This document shows, one piece after another, positions 22,764 to 32,005 of a stretch of 64,000 nt of DNA; position 1 is the stretch's first letter; every line of letters begins with the position of its first letter. Source of the DNA: an uncultured archaeon (GTDB taxonomy: Archaea; Thermoproteota; EX4484-205; JAAOZP01); NCBI GenBank assembly GCA_938045545.1, contig CALIBN010000015.1:1-64000 (forward strand), read 5' to 3'. The translations under genes and the position numbers were made by a program. Under the pieces are notes generated by a model, which did no database searches, was not told the origin of the DNA, and saw nothing but the letters and a program-made list of their open reading frames with translations.

Positions 22764-24530
22764 TTGCCATCATGGGAAAAGGAGGCGTTGATAATGCCGG
22801 TGAAAAAGAGCTGGCCAGTGCCTAGTGATATTGAGATCGCTTACAAAGCCGAGCTTTACCCGATTAAGAAGGTTGCAGAGCATATTGGGATTCTAGAGGA
22901 AGAGCTTGACAGTCACGGGAAATATATTGCTAAGGTTGATTACAAAAGCATTCTCAACAGGCTGAATAATAGGCCCCGCGGCAAATTGATTATCGTAACG
23001 GCAATCACCCCCACGCCCCTCGGCGAGGGGAAAACAACCGTTTCAATAGGCTTGGGCCAAGCCTTCCATGAAAGGGGTTTAAAGGTTATTAACACTCTGC
23101 GCGAACCCTCTAAGGGCGTTACCTTTGGAGTAAAAGGCGGTGCAACTGGCGGCGGCTACTCCCAAGTATTACCAATGGATAGGATTAATCTTAATTTCAC
23201 GGGAGACATATCGGCCGTGGAGATTGCCCATAACCTTTGTGCAGCAGCCATAGATGCTAGCATACTTCACGGAAATCCTTTAAGCATCGACCCCCTGTCA
23301 ATCGAATGGCCCTATTGCATGGATGTGGAGGCTAGGGCTCTAAGACGAGCCGTCATAGGATTAGGAGGAAGGTCAAACGGTTACCCTAGGGAGACGCGTT
23401 GGAGCATAACTGTGGCAACTGAAACGGCAGCCATCCATGCGTTGGCCACTGGGTTGGAAGACTTAAGGAAAAGGCTTGGAAAAGCCGTCGTCGCCTACAC
23501 CTATAGTGGGAAACCAGTAACGTGTGAAGAACTTGGAGTGGCCGGGGCCATGGCCGCTCTACTCGTGGAAGCCATTAAGCCTAATCTAGTTCAATCCACA
23601 GAAGGCCACGCCGTTTTAGTCCATGGATTTCCGTTTGCAAACATAGCGCACGGGACCAACTCGATCATAGCTGATTTAGTGGCTTTGAAGCTTGCGGATT
23701 ACGTTATCTGCGAAACCGGGTTTGGCTCTGAATGCGGCTTCTCCAAGTTCTGCGACATTGTATGCCGCCAGTCTCCCGAGATAAGGCCCGATTGCGCCGT
23801 TATCGTCTGCACGATTAGAGCACTTAAAGAACACGGCGGTGCCTTCCTGCTTCGCCCAGGAATGCCCTATAGGAAAGTCAAGAGGGCGGCTGAAACGGAA
23901 AATCTTCAAGCGGTCGAGAAAGGCTGCGAGAATCTGGCTAGACACATAGAAATAGTCCATAAATACGGTATTCCAGCCGTAGTTGCCATAAACAGGTTTA
24001 TCACGGATACCGATAGCGAGATAAGGCTGGTGTGTGAAAAAGCCATCGAGGCTGGCGCCGATGGTGTTGCCGTCGTAGATCCCTGGTCTAAAGGAGGCGA
24101 GGGTTGCCAGGAACTTGTTGATAAGGTTCTTGAAGCGATGAAGAAGCCGCGTGAGCTGAAGTTTCTTTATCCCGCTGAAGCCCCTATCAAGGAGAAAATC
24201 GAGACCATAGCTACTGAACTCTATGGGGCAGAAGACGTGAAATATTCGCCTGAAGCAGAGGAAAAAATAGAGTTTTACAACAGCCTTGGATACGACCGGT
24301 TTCCTGTAAACATGGCTAAAACACCCCTCTCCCTTTCTCACGACCCGCTCTGGAAAAACGTCCCTAAGAACTACACGTTTCCAGTCAACGACATACTCGC
24401 CTTCGTTGGAGCCGGTTTCCTTATCCCGATATGTGGCGAAATACAGTTGATGCCAGGCCTCCCGAGAAAACCCGCCTTCCTAAGGATCGATGTGGAAACG
24501 GAAACTGGAAGGATAAGAGGCCTCTTCTAG
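22764..24530 (+). CDS. fhs: Formate--tetrahydrofolate ligase (likely start ATG 22794 after GGAGG)
   Basis: TAITPTPLGEGKTT, GVKGGATGGGYSQV, PFANIAHG, MAKTPLSLS, MPGLP. Confidence 0.97.
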   Translation: MPSWEKEALIMPVKKSWPVPSDIEIAYKAELYPIKKVAEHIGILEEELDSHGKYIAKVDYKSILNRLNNRPRGKLIIVTAITPTPLGEGKTTVSIGLGQAFHERGLKVINTLREPSKGVTFGVKGGATGGGYSQVLPMDRINLNFTGDISAVEIAHNLCAAAIDASILHGNPLSIDPLSIEWPYCMDVEARALRRAVIGLGGRSNGYPRETRWSITVATETAAIHALATGLEDLRKRLGKAVVAYTYSGKPVTCEELGVAGAMAALLVEAIKPNLVQSTEGHAVLVHGFPFANIAHGTNSIIADLVALKLADYVICETGFGSECGFSKFCDIVCRQSPEIRPDCAVIVCTIRALKEHGGAFLLRPGMPYRKVKRAAETENLQAVEKGCENLARHIEIVHKYGIPAVVAINRFITDTDSEIRLVCEKAIEAGADGVAVVDPWSKGGEGCQELVDKVLEAMKKPRELKFLYPAEAPIKEKIETIATELYGAEDVKYSPEAEEKIEFYNSLGYDRFPVNMAKTPLSLSHDPLWKNVPKNYTFPVNDILAFVGAGFLIPICGEIQLMPGLPRKPAFLRIDVETETGRIRGLF

Positions 24531-24684
24531 AGTATCCGGCCACGATGTCCTTCAACTTTCCGAGCTGGCTATGATGAGGTGTTAAACGACCGTTAAGAGG
24601 GCTTCCCCAGCCCAACCATTATAATTAACGTTTAGCGAGGACTCTAAAAGTATAAAAAGGTGAATAGATGAAGAGGGTGAGAAA

Positions 24685-25593
24685 ATGTTCAGGTTTAAGC
24701 AGGAGCAGAAAATCTACGATATCGCTGGCGTGAAGGTTGGCGGTCAGCCGGGTCAACTACCTACTGTAATGATAGGAAGCATATTCTATGGCAAACAGAA
24801 AATATTTGAGGACGAGAGGACTGGAGCATTCTCTAAAGAAAAGGCTGAAGAGCTGTTGAATAAGGAGAAGGAAGTATCTGACAAAACCGGTAATCCTAGG
24901 ATTGTAGACGTATGCTGCACTTGGCCCCAAGCTTTTGGGAAACTCATAGAGTTCGTGGCCGACACGATCGACGGTCCCTTCGCTATAGATGGAACAACTG
25001 AGGAGGCGAGGATTGCAGGAGCCAAATACGTTGGTGAAGCCGGTTTATCTGAGCGCGTCGTCTACAACTCGATAATGCCGCATATTAAAGAGGCTGAGAT
25101 ATCTGCGATCAGGGAGGCGAGGATTAAATCCGCCGTCTTACTAACGTATAACGCTAAAAACCCCACGATAGCCGGGCGTATGCAGATGCTTGACGAGCTT
25201 TTAGCCTTAGCCTCAAAAGCAGGCGTCGAGAGAATCCTAGTTGATACGACTGTTCTCGACATCCCCGACCCAGGACCGGTAAGCAAAGTCGTCTACCTGG
25301 TGAAGGAGAAATACGGTCTACCGGCCGGGGCCGGAACGCATAACGCAGTCCAGAGGTGGAACAGGATGCGCAGACTAGATAGAACACTTTTCTCCATTGC
25401 GAGTAGCGTAGCCGACGTGGCTCCCATATTCATGGGGGCGAACTTCGTAATATATGGGCCGATAGAGAATGCTTCCAACGCGTATTTCCACTGTGCATTG
25501 GCCGACGCCTATGTGGCTTACAGCGTGCGGCAGGAGTTTGGAATAAGACCATTAACTAGCAACCATCCGCTGTTCAAAATATTCAAAGAGTAG
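24685..25593 (+). CDS. mtrH: Stand-alone MtrH-family pterin:corrinoid methyltransferase
   Basis: MFRFKQEQKIYDIAGVKVGGQPGQLPTVMIGSIFY, YNSI, LVDT, GTHNA, YGPIE. Confidence 0.93.
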   Translation: MFRFKQEQKIYDIAGVKVGGQPGQLPTVMIGSIFYGKQKIFEDERTGAFSKEKAEELLNKEKEVSDKTGNPRIVDVCCTWPQAFGKLIEFVADTIDGPFAIDGTTEEARIAGAKYVGEAGLSERVVYNSIMPHIKEAEISAIREARIKSAVLLTYNAKNPTIAGRMQMLDELLALASKAGVERILVDTTVLDIPDPGPVSKVVYLVKEKYGLPAGAGTHNAVQRWNRMRRLDRTLFSIASSVADVAPIFMGANFVIYGPIENASNAYFHCALADAYVAYSVRQEFGIRPLTSNHPLFKIFKE

Positions 25594-25605
25594 AGAACGC
25601 AGCAG

Positions 25606-25646
25606 AGGCAGATAGGATTAGCGTTTAACATTCGCTACTCCTGCCT
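25606..25646. terminator. Imperfect hairpin between convergent mtrH and purN
   Basis: AGGCAG/CTGCCT and TAGCG/CGCTA inverted repeats. Confidence 0.3.
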
Positions 25647-25715
25647 AAGTTTATGCGGTTTCCCCTCCGTGTCATCACCGAGACGTGATCGTAAAGTTGT
25701 CGGTTAGGAAAACTT

Positions 25716-26363
25716 TCAATCCCTGTGGTTCGAAAGGGGTTTCGTCTCCGCTTCGCGAAGTATCCTAGTCTTCCCCTGCTCAACTATGATTCTTCCCTCC
25801 TGGAAAAGACGGATCCCTTCCACCAAGACCTCACCCTCAGCCTCTTGAACCCTCCTCTTCAAAGACTCCTCATCGTCATCCTCCCTCACTTCAACAGCCT
25901 TCTGCAATATTATTGGTCCAGCATCCATTTTCTCATCAACGAAGTGGAGAGTACAGCCTGTAATCTTCACGCCGGATTCAAGCACCGCGCGATGGACGTT
26001 CAGGTCCCAACCTGGAAAGGCGGGTAGAAGAGAAGGATGAATGTTCATAATCCTATTCCTAAACTTTTTCACGAACTGGGGGCTTAAGAGCCTGTTATAG
26101 CCTATGAGCAGTACGAGGTCAACCTTCCTACGCTCAAGCTCTAGGGCGACCTCCATATCGTACTCCGCAGGATCCTTACCCTTAGGATCTATGAATATCG
26201 CTTCTATACCGTTCCGTCTCGCCCGCTCCAGCGCATACGCATTCTTCTTATTGCTTATGAGGCAGACTATTTCAGCGTTTAACCTCTTGTGTCTTATCGC
26301 CTCCAAGATGGCCTCCATATCGGTGGCGCGGGTTGATGCGAGTATGCCTATCCTAAGCAACAC
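25716..26363 (-). CDS. purN: Phosphoribosylglycinamide formyltransferase (likely GTG start overlapping the folD stop)
   Basis: LIGYNRLL, MNIHPSLLPAFPG, TGCTLHFVDEKMDAGPIILQ. Confidence 0.95.
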   Translation of the reverse strand: MLLRIGILASTRATDMEAILEAIRHKRLNAEIVCLISNKKNAYALERARRNGIEAIFIDPKGKDPAEYDMEVALELERRKVDLVLLIGYNRLLSPQFVKKFRNRIMNIHPSLLPAFPGWDLNVHRAVLESGVKITGCTLHFVDEKMDAGPIILQKAVEVREDDDEESLKRRVQEAEGEVLVEGIRLFQEGRIIVEQGKTRILREAETKPLSNHRD

Positions 26364-27196
26364 TACGAGGCCTCGGAGGCGCATTCAACCAGATTCCGTA
26401 TGATGGTCGCGACCGTCACCGGGCCCACTCCACCTGGAACCGGTGTTATCGCAGACACTTTTTGGGAAACGCTTTGAAAATCCACATCCCCCACGAGAGT
26501 GCCTTCGACGAAGCTGGTTCCAGCATCGATCACTACAGAACCCTCACCGACCATTTTGTCGGTTATGAGCCTCGGGACACCGGTTGCAGAGATTAATACA
26601 TCCGCTTTCAATGTCTTCTCGCTCAGGTTTTTAGTCTTGATGTGGCAAACGGTTACTGTTGCCATTCGTGAGGTAAGCATTGCAAAAAGGGGCCTTCCTA
26701 CGAGTATGCTGTTGTTCACGATGACGACGTCGGCACCTTCTACGTTAATTCCATACCATTCCAAAATCCTGATCACAGCGTTTGCCGTCGCCGTGGGCTT
26801 GGCTTCCAAGCCGGATAACAATCTTCCCAGGTTTAATGGATGCAGGCCGTCAACATCCTTCTTAATGTCTAAGGCTTCCAATACGTTTAGCGTCGACACG
26901 TTTTTCGGAAGGGGTAGTTGAACAACTATCCCATGAACACCCGTATCCTTATTCAATTCCTTTATGAGCGAGATGAGCTCGGCTTCAGATGGATCGTTAA
27001 GCTCATGCACCACCGCTTTCCCCCCTACAGAGTTGCAGGCTTTAACCTTCATTTTAACGAAAGAATCCTGTGCCTTTGAACCCGAGGCCTTTATGATGTG
27101 CAGCGATGGCGTGAAGCCCAGTTTCTCGATCCTCGCCTTAGCCTCAGCTAGAATCGCGTCGGCCACGGGCTTTCCGCTCAATATCTTAGCCGCCAT
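26363..27196 (-). CDS. folD: Bifunctional methylene-THF dehydrogenase/cyclohydrolase
   Basis: HGIVVQLPLP, KDVDGLHP, VGRP, TPVPGGVGPVT. Confidence 0.96.
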   Translation of the reverse strand: MAAKILSGKPVADAILAEAKARIEKLGFTPSLHIIKASGSKAQDSFVKMKVKACNSVGGKAVVHELNDPSEAELISLIKELNKDTGVHGIVVQLPLPKNVSTLNVLEALDIKKDVDGLHPLNLGRLLSGLEAKPTATANAVIRILEWYGINVEGADVVIVNNSILVGRPLFAMLTSRMATVTVCHIKTKNLSEKTLKADVLISATGVPRLITDKMVGEGSVVIDAGTSFVEGTLVGDVDFQSVSQKVSAITPVPGGVGPVTVATIIRNLVECASEAS

Positions 27197-27410
27197 CAGG
27201 AATCACCGCAGCCCCTGTAAATCGCGACCCTCGATGCTGATGAATGCCACTTGCCACTAGGAGAGATGTGTCTACGAGTCATACTGGGGCTTACTTTCCA
27301 ACAGTTGGAGTGATGCCCACTCCTAGTGTCAGCCTCATCAACCTTCACCAGTTCTCTAAACCAGTGAGACATCGTGTCCTTCTTCAAACACATGCGTCCT
27401 TATAAATGCT
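27197..27410 (-). promoter_or_regulatory. Promoter (TTTATAAG, ~27399-27406) and ~180-nt structured leader of folD-purN
   Basis: TATA box, nested inverted repeats 27236-27342, GGTGA SD just upstream of the folD ATG. Confidence 0.5.
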
Positions 27411-27526
27411 TCGATTACATTGCTCCATCAGTCAAAATTTTATAAACTATTAGTCCCGGCGATGAGTTTTAAAATATGAATTTCTAGTATTCATGAAACG
27501 TTTTTATAGGGAACTCTTTTCACAAT

Positions 27527-28882
27527 TTGAGAATGGGCGAGGAATCCGGCAACGCTAAGAATGAATTCAGGAAATTAGCAAGAGAGAGGATTCTAGCGAT
27601 GTCGGAACAGCAGAGGAAGAATAAGAGCTTGAAGGCAGTTTCCAACCTTAAAAGTCTAGATGAGTTTTCGAGAGCAAAATGTGTCATGGTGTATGTTTCA
27701 AAGAAGGATGAAGTCGATACGATCGGGCTCATTACTGACATGTTGAAATCCGGTAAAAGAGTTGCAGTACCCTTCGTAGATGAGGAAAGAATGGAGCTGA
27801 TTCCCTGTGAAATATCAAACCTCGAAGAACTAGCTGTTGGAACATTCGGTGTGATGGAGCCGGATCCCGGGAATTTGAGAATCGTTAACACTGAGGAAAT
27901 AGACGTCGTTGTCGTCCCAGGTATGGCTTTCGACAGAAATTGCAACAGGCTTGGCAGAGGGAAAGGTTACTTCGACAGGTTTTTAAAGAGACTTAACGGA
28001 GGGAAGAAAGTAATCGGTTTAGCCTTCTCAGAACAGGTTTTTGACAGCATACCGGTTGAAGAGAACGATGCGAAGGTCGACATCGTGGTTACGGAATCCA
28101 GCATCATAAGGTGCGACGCTGGAGGGCCAAGATCTGGTTTAAGCAGGAAAAAATTCGACGTGCATAAACTTGCCACCTCTTCCCTGTTCATGGCACTCTT
28201 CATCGTGCTTAGGGCAGTCCCAACCTTCCCAATCATAGGGGTACCTGGAGGAAGCTTCCCGGTTTCAGATGTCATTCTGCCGCTTTACGGAGTCTTGCTC
28301 GAGCCTGTTCACGGCGCCACCGTAATCCTCTTAGGAACAATCCTAGGTTTCTTAATAAAGCCTCCCAGGTTTCTTTACCTGGACTTCCTACCGCCGCTGG
28401 TTAACACTTTGACAGTAAGTCTGCTCTGGAGGAGGAAGACGTGGTTAGCACTCCTCATCTATGTTTCCGTATTAGCCGTTTTCATGACAGGGCCTTTTAG
28501 CCTGATACTTATACACCTCGACCTTCCAGGCTTAGAGGCAGATTTGCCATTCCACTGGCTGCACCTCACAGCAATACCCGTCTCCCTGATTCTCATCAGG
28601 CTTGGAAATTTTAAACATAAGGCTGATCCAATTGCATTGAAGTTTTCAGGATGCGCTTTACTCGGAACCATGGGGCAACACTCTATGGGTAGTGCACTAT
28701 TTGGATACGTGTTCGGTCTAACCGGGATGATAAATAGAGAGGGGTTTGAGAAAATCTGGTATACGGTATTCTGGATATATCCTATAGAGAGGATGCTTCT
28801 AGTCTTGGTGAGCACGCTGGTTGGAGTCCCGGCCATCCGAGTATTGACAAGGATAATATGGAGGCCTCAGAACCCATCGTAA
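27527..28882 (+). CDS. 5-formyltetrahydrofolate cyclo-ligase fused to a ~6-TM ECF S-component-like domain
   Basis: N-half: EVDT, GTFGVMEP, VVVPGMAFD..RLGRGKGYFDR. C-half: PTFPIIGVPGGSFP..LYGVLL.P and HSMGS..YPIER pattern with about six TM helices. One continuous ORF. Confidence 0.88.
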   Translation: MRMGEESGNAKNEFRKLARERILAMSEQQRKNKSLKAVSNLKSLDEFSRAKCVMVYVSKKDEVDTIGLITDMLKSGKRVAVPFVDEERMELIPCEISNLEELAVGTFGVMEPDPGNLRIVNTEEIDVVVVPGMAFDRNCNRLGRGKGYFDRFLKRLNGGKKVIGLAFSEQVFDSIPVEENDAKVDIVVTESSIIRCDAGGPRSGLSRKKFDVHKLATSSLFMALFIVLRAVPTFPIIGVPGGSFPVSDVILPLYGVLLEPVHGATVILLGTILGFLIKPPRFLYLDFLPPLVNTLTVSLLWRRKTWLALLIYVSVLAVFMTGPFSLILIHLDLPGLEADLPFHWLHLTAIPVSLILIRLGNFKHKADPIALKFSGCALLGTMGQHSMGSALFGYVFGLTGMINREGFEKIWYTVFWIYPIERMLLVLVSTLVGVPAIRVLTRIIWRPQNPS

Positions 28883-30195
28883 GGCTCGCCCGTCCATATC
28901 GGCCTTGCCTCCCCAACGGTGAAAACTGAGCCCGTAACAAGTATTCTACCCTCTTCCCCGGTGCACGACAAGGCTCGAGCCACCGCCTCCTTAACAGTCG
29001 GCTCAGAACTGTATTTAGCATTCAGATCCTTCAAAACATCCGCCATCCTCTCTATCGGGAGAGCTCTCCCCATGACGCCGTGCTCAGTTAAGATGAACTC
29101 ATCCGTGATCCTCGCAACAGATCGGAGAATCTTATCGTATTCCTTATCCGAGGAAATACTGACGACTGTTTTAAACCTGGCTCCCGGCAGCATTTCCTCT
29201 ATGCTCGACGACAACGCTTCAGCAGCCGCCGGATCCTTTGCGCAATCCAATATGACTAGTGGTCTTTGACTAACGGGCTCCAGCCTCCCCGGCCACACAA
29301 TGTTAGCAAGACCCCTTCTTATGGCATCCTCATTAAAGTCCGATTTACCAGTTAGCTCGGAAAACCTTAGATAGCTCGCTATGGCCGTCGATACGTTCGT
29401 CGCCTGAAAACTCCCCCTGAGCGAAACCTTAAGGTTCTTCAAAAGCGTCTCCCCAAGGTCAACATCTAAAAGCATCCCGGTTAAGTCTGATCTTAAAACT
29501 CTGTGCTTAACATCCCTGGATACCAAGGTGAGCTCGGAGCCCAATTCCATGCAGCGTTCCTCTATGACTTTAAGCGCTGAACCCGAGCAAGCCGTTACGG
29601 TGGGCCGCCCCGGCCTTATTATGCCTGCTTTCTCAAAAGCTATCTTCTCAACAGTATCACCCAAGTGCTTCATATGCTCTAAAGAGACGTTTGTTATGAC
29701 TGAGAGCATCGGGTCGCATGCGTTTGTCGCGTCCAGTCTACCTCCCATACCCACCTCAACGACAGCCACGTCAACGTTTTTCACCGAGAAATACTCATAT
29801 GCCATTGAGACGTTGCACTCGAAAAAGGTTGGAAAGCGTCCTAACCTTCTCGAAACCTTTTCACCAGCCTCTTTAACCACCTCATAGGTCTCCACGACTT
29901 CCCTCCTGGTTATTTCACAGCCATCCACGGCTATCCTCTCGGTGAACCTGCATAGGTGCGGCTTCGTGAACATTCCAACCTTAAGACCCTCCTCGCGTAG
30001 GATTGAGCTTATCATGGTGACAGTGGAACCCTTCCCATTAGTACCCCCTACGAGGATCACAGGATAGTCCTGCTCCGGGTTTCCAAGCTCGTTCAGAACC
30101 CCCTTGACAACATCCAAGCCTAGCTTTATCCCCCTCAGCTCGTAGAGCTCCTTTAACACCCGCACGTACTCAGCGTCATCAGTCCAAGCACTCAA
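28867..30195 (-). CDS. folC: Folylpolyglutamate synthase/dihydrofolate synthase
   Basis: VGGTNGKGST, TFFE, EVGMGGRLDATN, EKAGII, WPGRLE, TGSVFTVGE. Confidence 0.96.
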   Translation of the reverse strand: MSAWTDDAEYVRVLKELYELRGIKLGLDVVKGVLNELGNPEQDYPVILVGGTNGKGSTVTMISSILREEGLKVGMFTKPHLCRFTERIAVDGCEITRREVVETYEVVKEAGEKVSRRLGRFPTFFECNVSMAYEYFSVKNVDVAVVEVGMGGRLDATNACDPMLSVITNVSLEHMKHLGDTVEKIAFEKAGIIRPGRPTVTACSGSALKVIEERCMELGSELTLVSRDVKHRVLRSDLTGMLLDVDLGETLLKNLKVSLRGSFQATNVSTAIASYLRFSELTGKSDFNEDAIRRGLANIVWPGRLEPVSQRPLVILDCAKDPAAAEALSSSIEEMLPGARFKTVVSISSDKEYDKILRSVARITDEFILTEHGVMGRALPIERMADVLKDLNAKYSSEPTVKEAVARALSCTGEEGRILVTGSVFTVGEARPIWTGEPYDGF

Positions 30196-30430
30196 TTATT
30201 GAAGCACCCCTTTAGCGTGCGCTGAGGAAACCGCGTCCTCTCCATCATTTCTTAACGGTGGAAATCGTCTTGTTTAAATGTCTTACTGAGACGGATTGAA
30301 GCTCGGGAGCATGCGGGTTTACATCGTTTCCCGCTCATCGGAGACGACTATACCATGATAAGCCTGAATCGAAAGCTCCAATAGCTCGTCTACCCCAGGA
30401 GATATGCGGCCGGCTTCCTGAGCAGGAAGG

Positions 30431-30528
30431 GTCATTGAAGCAAGGTTCTAGAGGAATAACCTGGGGGTTCAGGTGTGTACGGGCTTGCCATAAAACGTCA
30501 TTGAAGCAAGGTTCTAGAGGAATAACCT
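30431..30528. repeat. Two exact direct repeats GTCATTGAAGCAAGGTTCTAGAGGAATAAC(CT), 30-32 bp, separated by a 34-36-bp unique spacer; CRISPR-like mini-unit
   Basis: Copies start at 30431 and 30497 (66-bp period); internal AGGTT/AACCT palindrome. Confidence 0.8.
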
Positions 30529-31089
30529 TCCCATTCCTTTGTCGCAGGCAAATGGAAAAGGGGAAAGGCCTCACCAGCCATTCGTCGAGTGAAGGAGAAG
30601 CATCAGGGAAAAGCTCAAGTGCACGCGCTAAACCATGAGAAGCAATTTTCCCAAAATAAGGCTCTAAGTTAACGATTAAGTTTCAACCCATAATCCGGCA
30701 GAATGTCATCCGCCTTCCGTATGGCGTGAAAACGATATCCTGTGAGACTAGTAAAAACTCCTAGAACACCGATGATCATAAGCATTAATGATATACCTAC
30801 ATCCGGTTGCGCGCTACGGTGTAAAAATGGCTACAGCAGCTTCAGCAGCGCGCGCCATGCTTGTGTCGAGAAGCGAGAATGCCCAGCCTATCCATATTAG
30901 AGTAAACCCGAGCACGCCTGTAAAACGTCCTTTAGTATGCTGAATTCTCATTATGCTGTAGATTCTTCACATTACACGCGCTTTACGTTTTTATAATTTA
31001 TCCTTTGCAATTTTTCTTACCCTGTTATAAGCCTGATTCTTAATATTCGTTGTAAAAGCTTAATAGCAGGATTAGGAATTAGTTTCTTC

Positions 31090-31947
31090 ATGGAGTATAG
31101 ACGCTTAGGTAGAACAGGTTTCAAAGCAAGCATTCTAACCATAGGAGGCTGCGGCCCAGGAATAGCTCCGAACATGGAGGACGGTTTTAAGGCTTTTGAA
31201 AAAGCGGTTGAAAAAGGCATTAACATGGTTGACGTGGCGCCCAGCTATGGAGAGGCTGAAACTAGGCTTGGGCAATTAATAAGGAGGAACCGTGACAAGT
31301 TGATAGTAACCGAGAAAACTCTTGAGAGAACCAGGGAGGGCGCTTGGAGAGAGCTCCGGCAAACCCTGTCCCGTTTCCAAGTTGAAAACATAGACGTGTA
31401 CCAGTTTCACGCAGTGAGCACGCTGGAGGAGCTTGAAAAGATTTTCAGCGAAGACGGTGCTGTGAAAGCGTTTCTGGAGGCTCGTGAACAGGGATTGATA
31501 AGACACATAGGGATAACAGCCCATTCGGACATGAGGATAGTTGTTAAAGCCCTTGAGAAATTCGACTTCGACACAGTGCTGATACCCGTGAACGTTGGAA
31601 GCCTTATTGCACCTGCGCCCGAGAACGATTTCAACCCGGTTCTGAAAATCGCGAGAGACAGGGATATTGGAGTCATCGCAATAAAGGCGATTTCAAAAGG
31701 CAGGTGGACGGGGGAGAGGAAATACCAGACTTGGTATGAGCCGATGGATGGTCAGGAGGATATTGACAAGGCAGTGTGGTTCACCCTTTCCCAAGAGCCG
31801 GTTGCAACCTACTCCATGGCGTGCGACATAAGGCTTTGGTCAAAGATAATAAGTGCGGGCGAAAGGTTTAGAAAGCTCGCTTCAGAGGAGCAGGAGGCGG
31901 TTGTAAAATATTTTAAGACTAAAGGGGTGAAGCCTCTTTTCCCATAG
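31090..31947 (+). CDS. Aldo/keto reductase
   Basis: YRRLGRTG, DVAPSYG, DVYQFH, IGITAH. Confidence 0.93.
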   Translation: MEYRRLGRTGFKASILTIGGCGPGIAPNMEDGFKAFEKAVEKGINMVDVAPSYGEAETRLGQLIRRNRDKLIVTEKTLERTREGAWRELRQTLSRFQVENIDVYQFHAVSTLEELEKIFSEDGAVKAFLEAREQGLIRHIGITAHSDMRIVVKALEKFDFDTVLIPVNVGSLIAPAPENDFNPVLKIARDRDIGVIAIKAISKGRWTGERKYQTWYEPMDGQEDIDKAVWFTLSQEPVATYSMACDIRLWSKIISAGERFRKLASEEQEAVVKYFKTKGVKPLFP

Positions 31948-32005
31948 TGTTTCACAACAGTCCTGGCCCGTTACTTCTCCAAGTTTAAAGGGAAACGTGC
32001 CCCAT

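Noticed and set aside
27196-27393. 65-aa ORF upstream of folD
   Set aside because: Its ATG is only a few bases from the TATA box, probably upstream of the TSS; no protein motifs; better explained as a structured leader.
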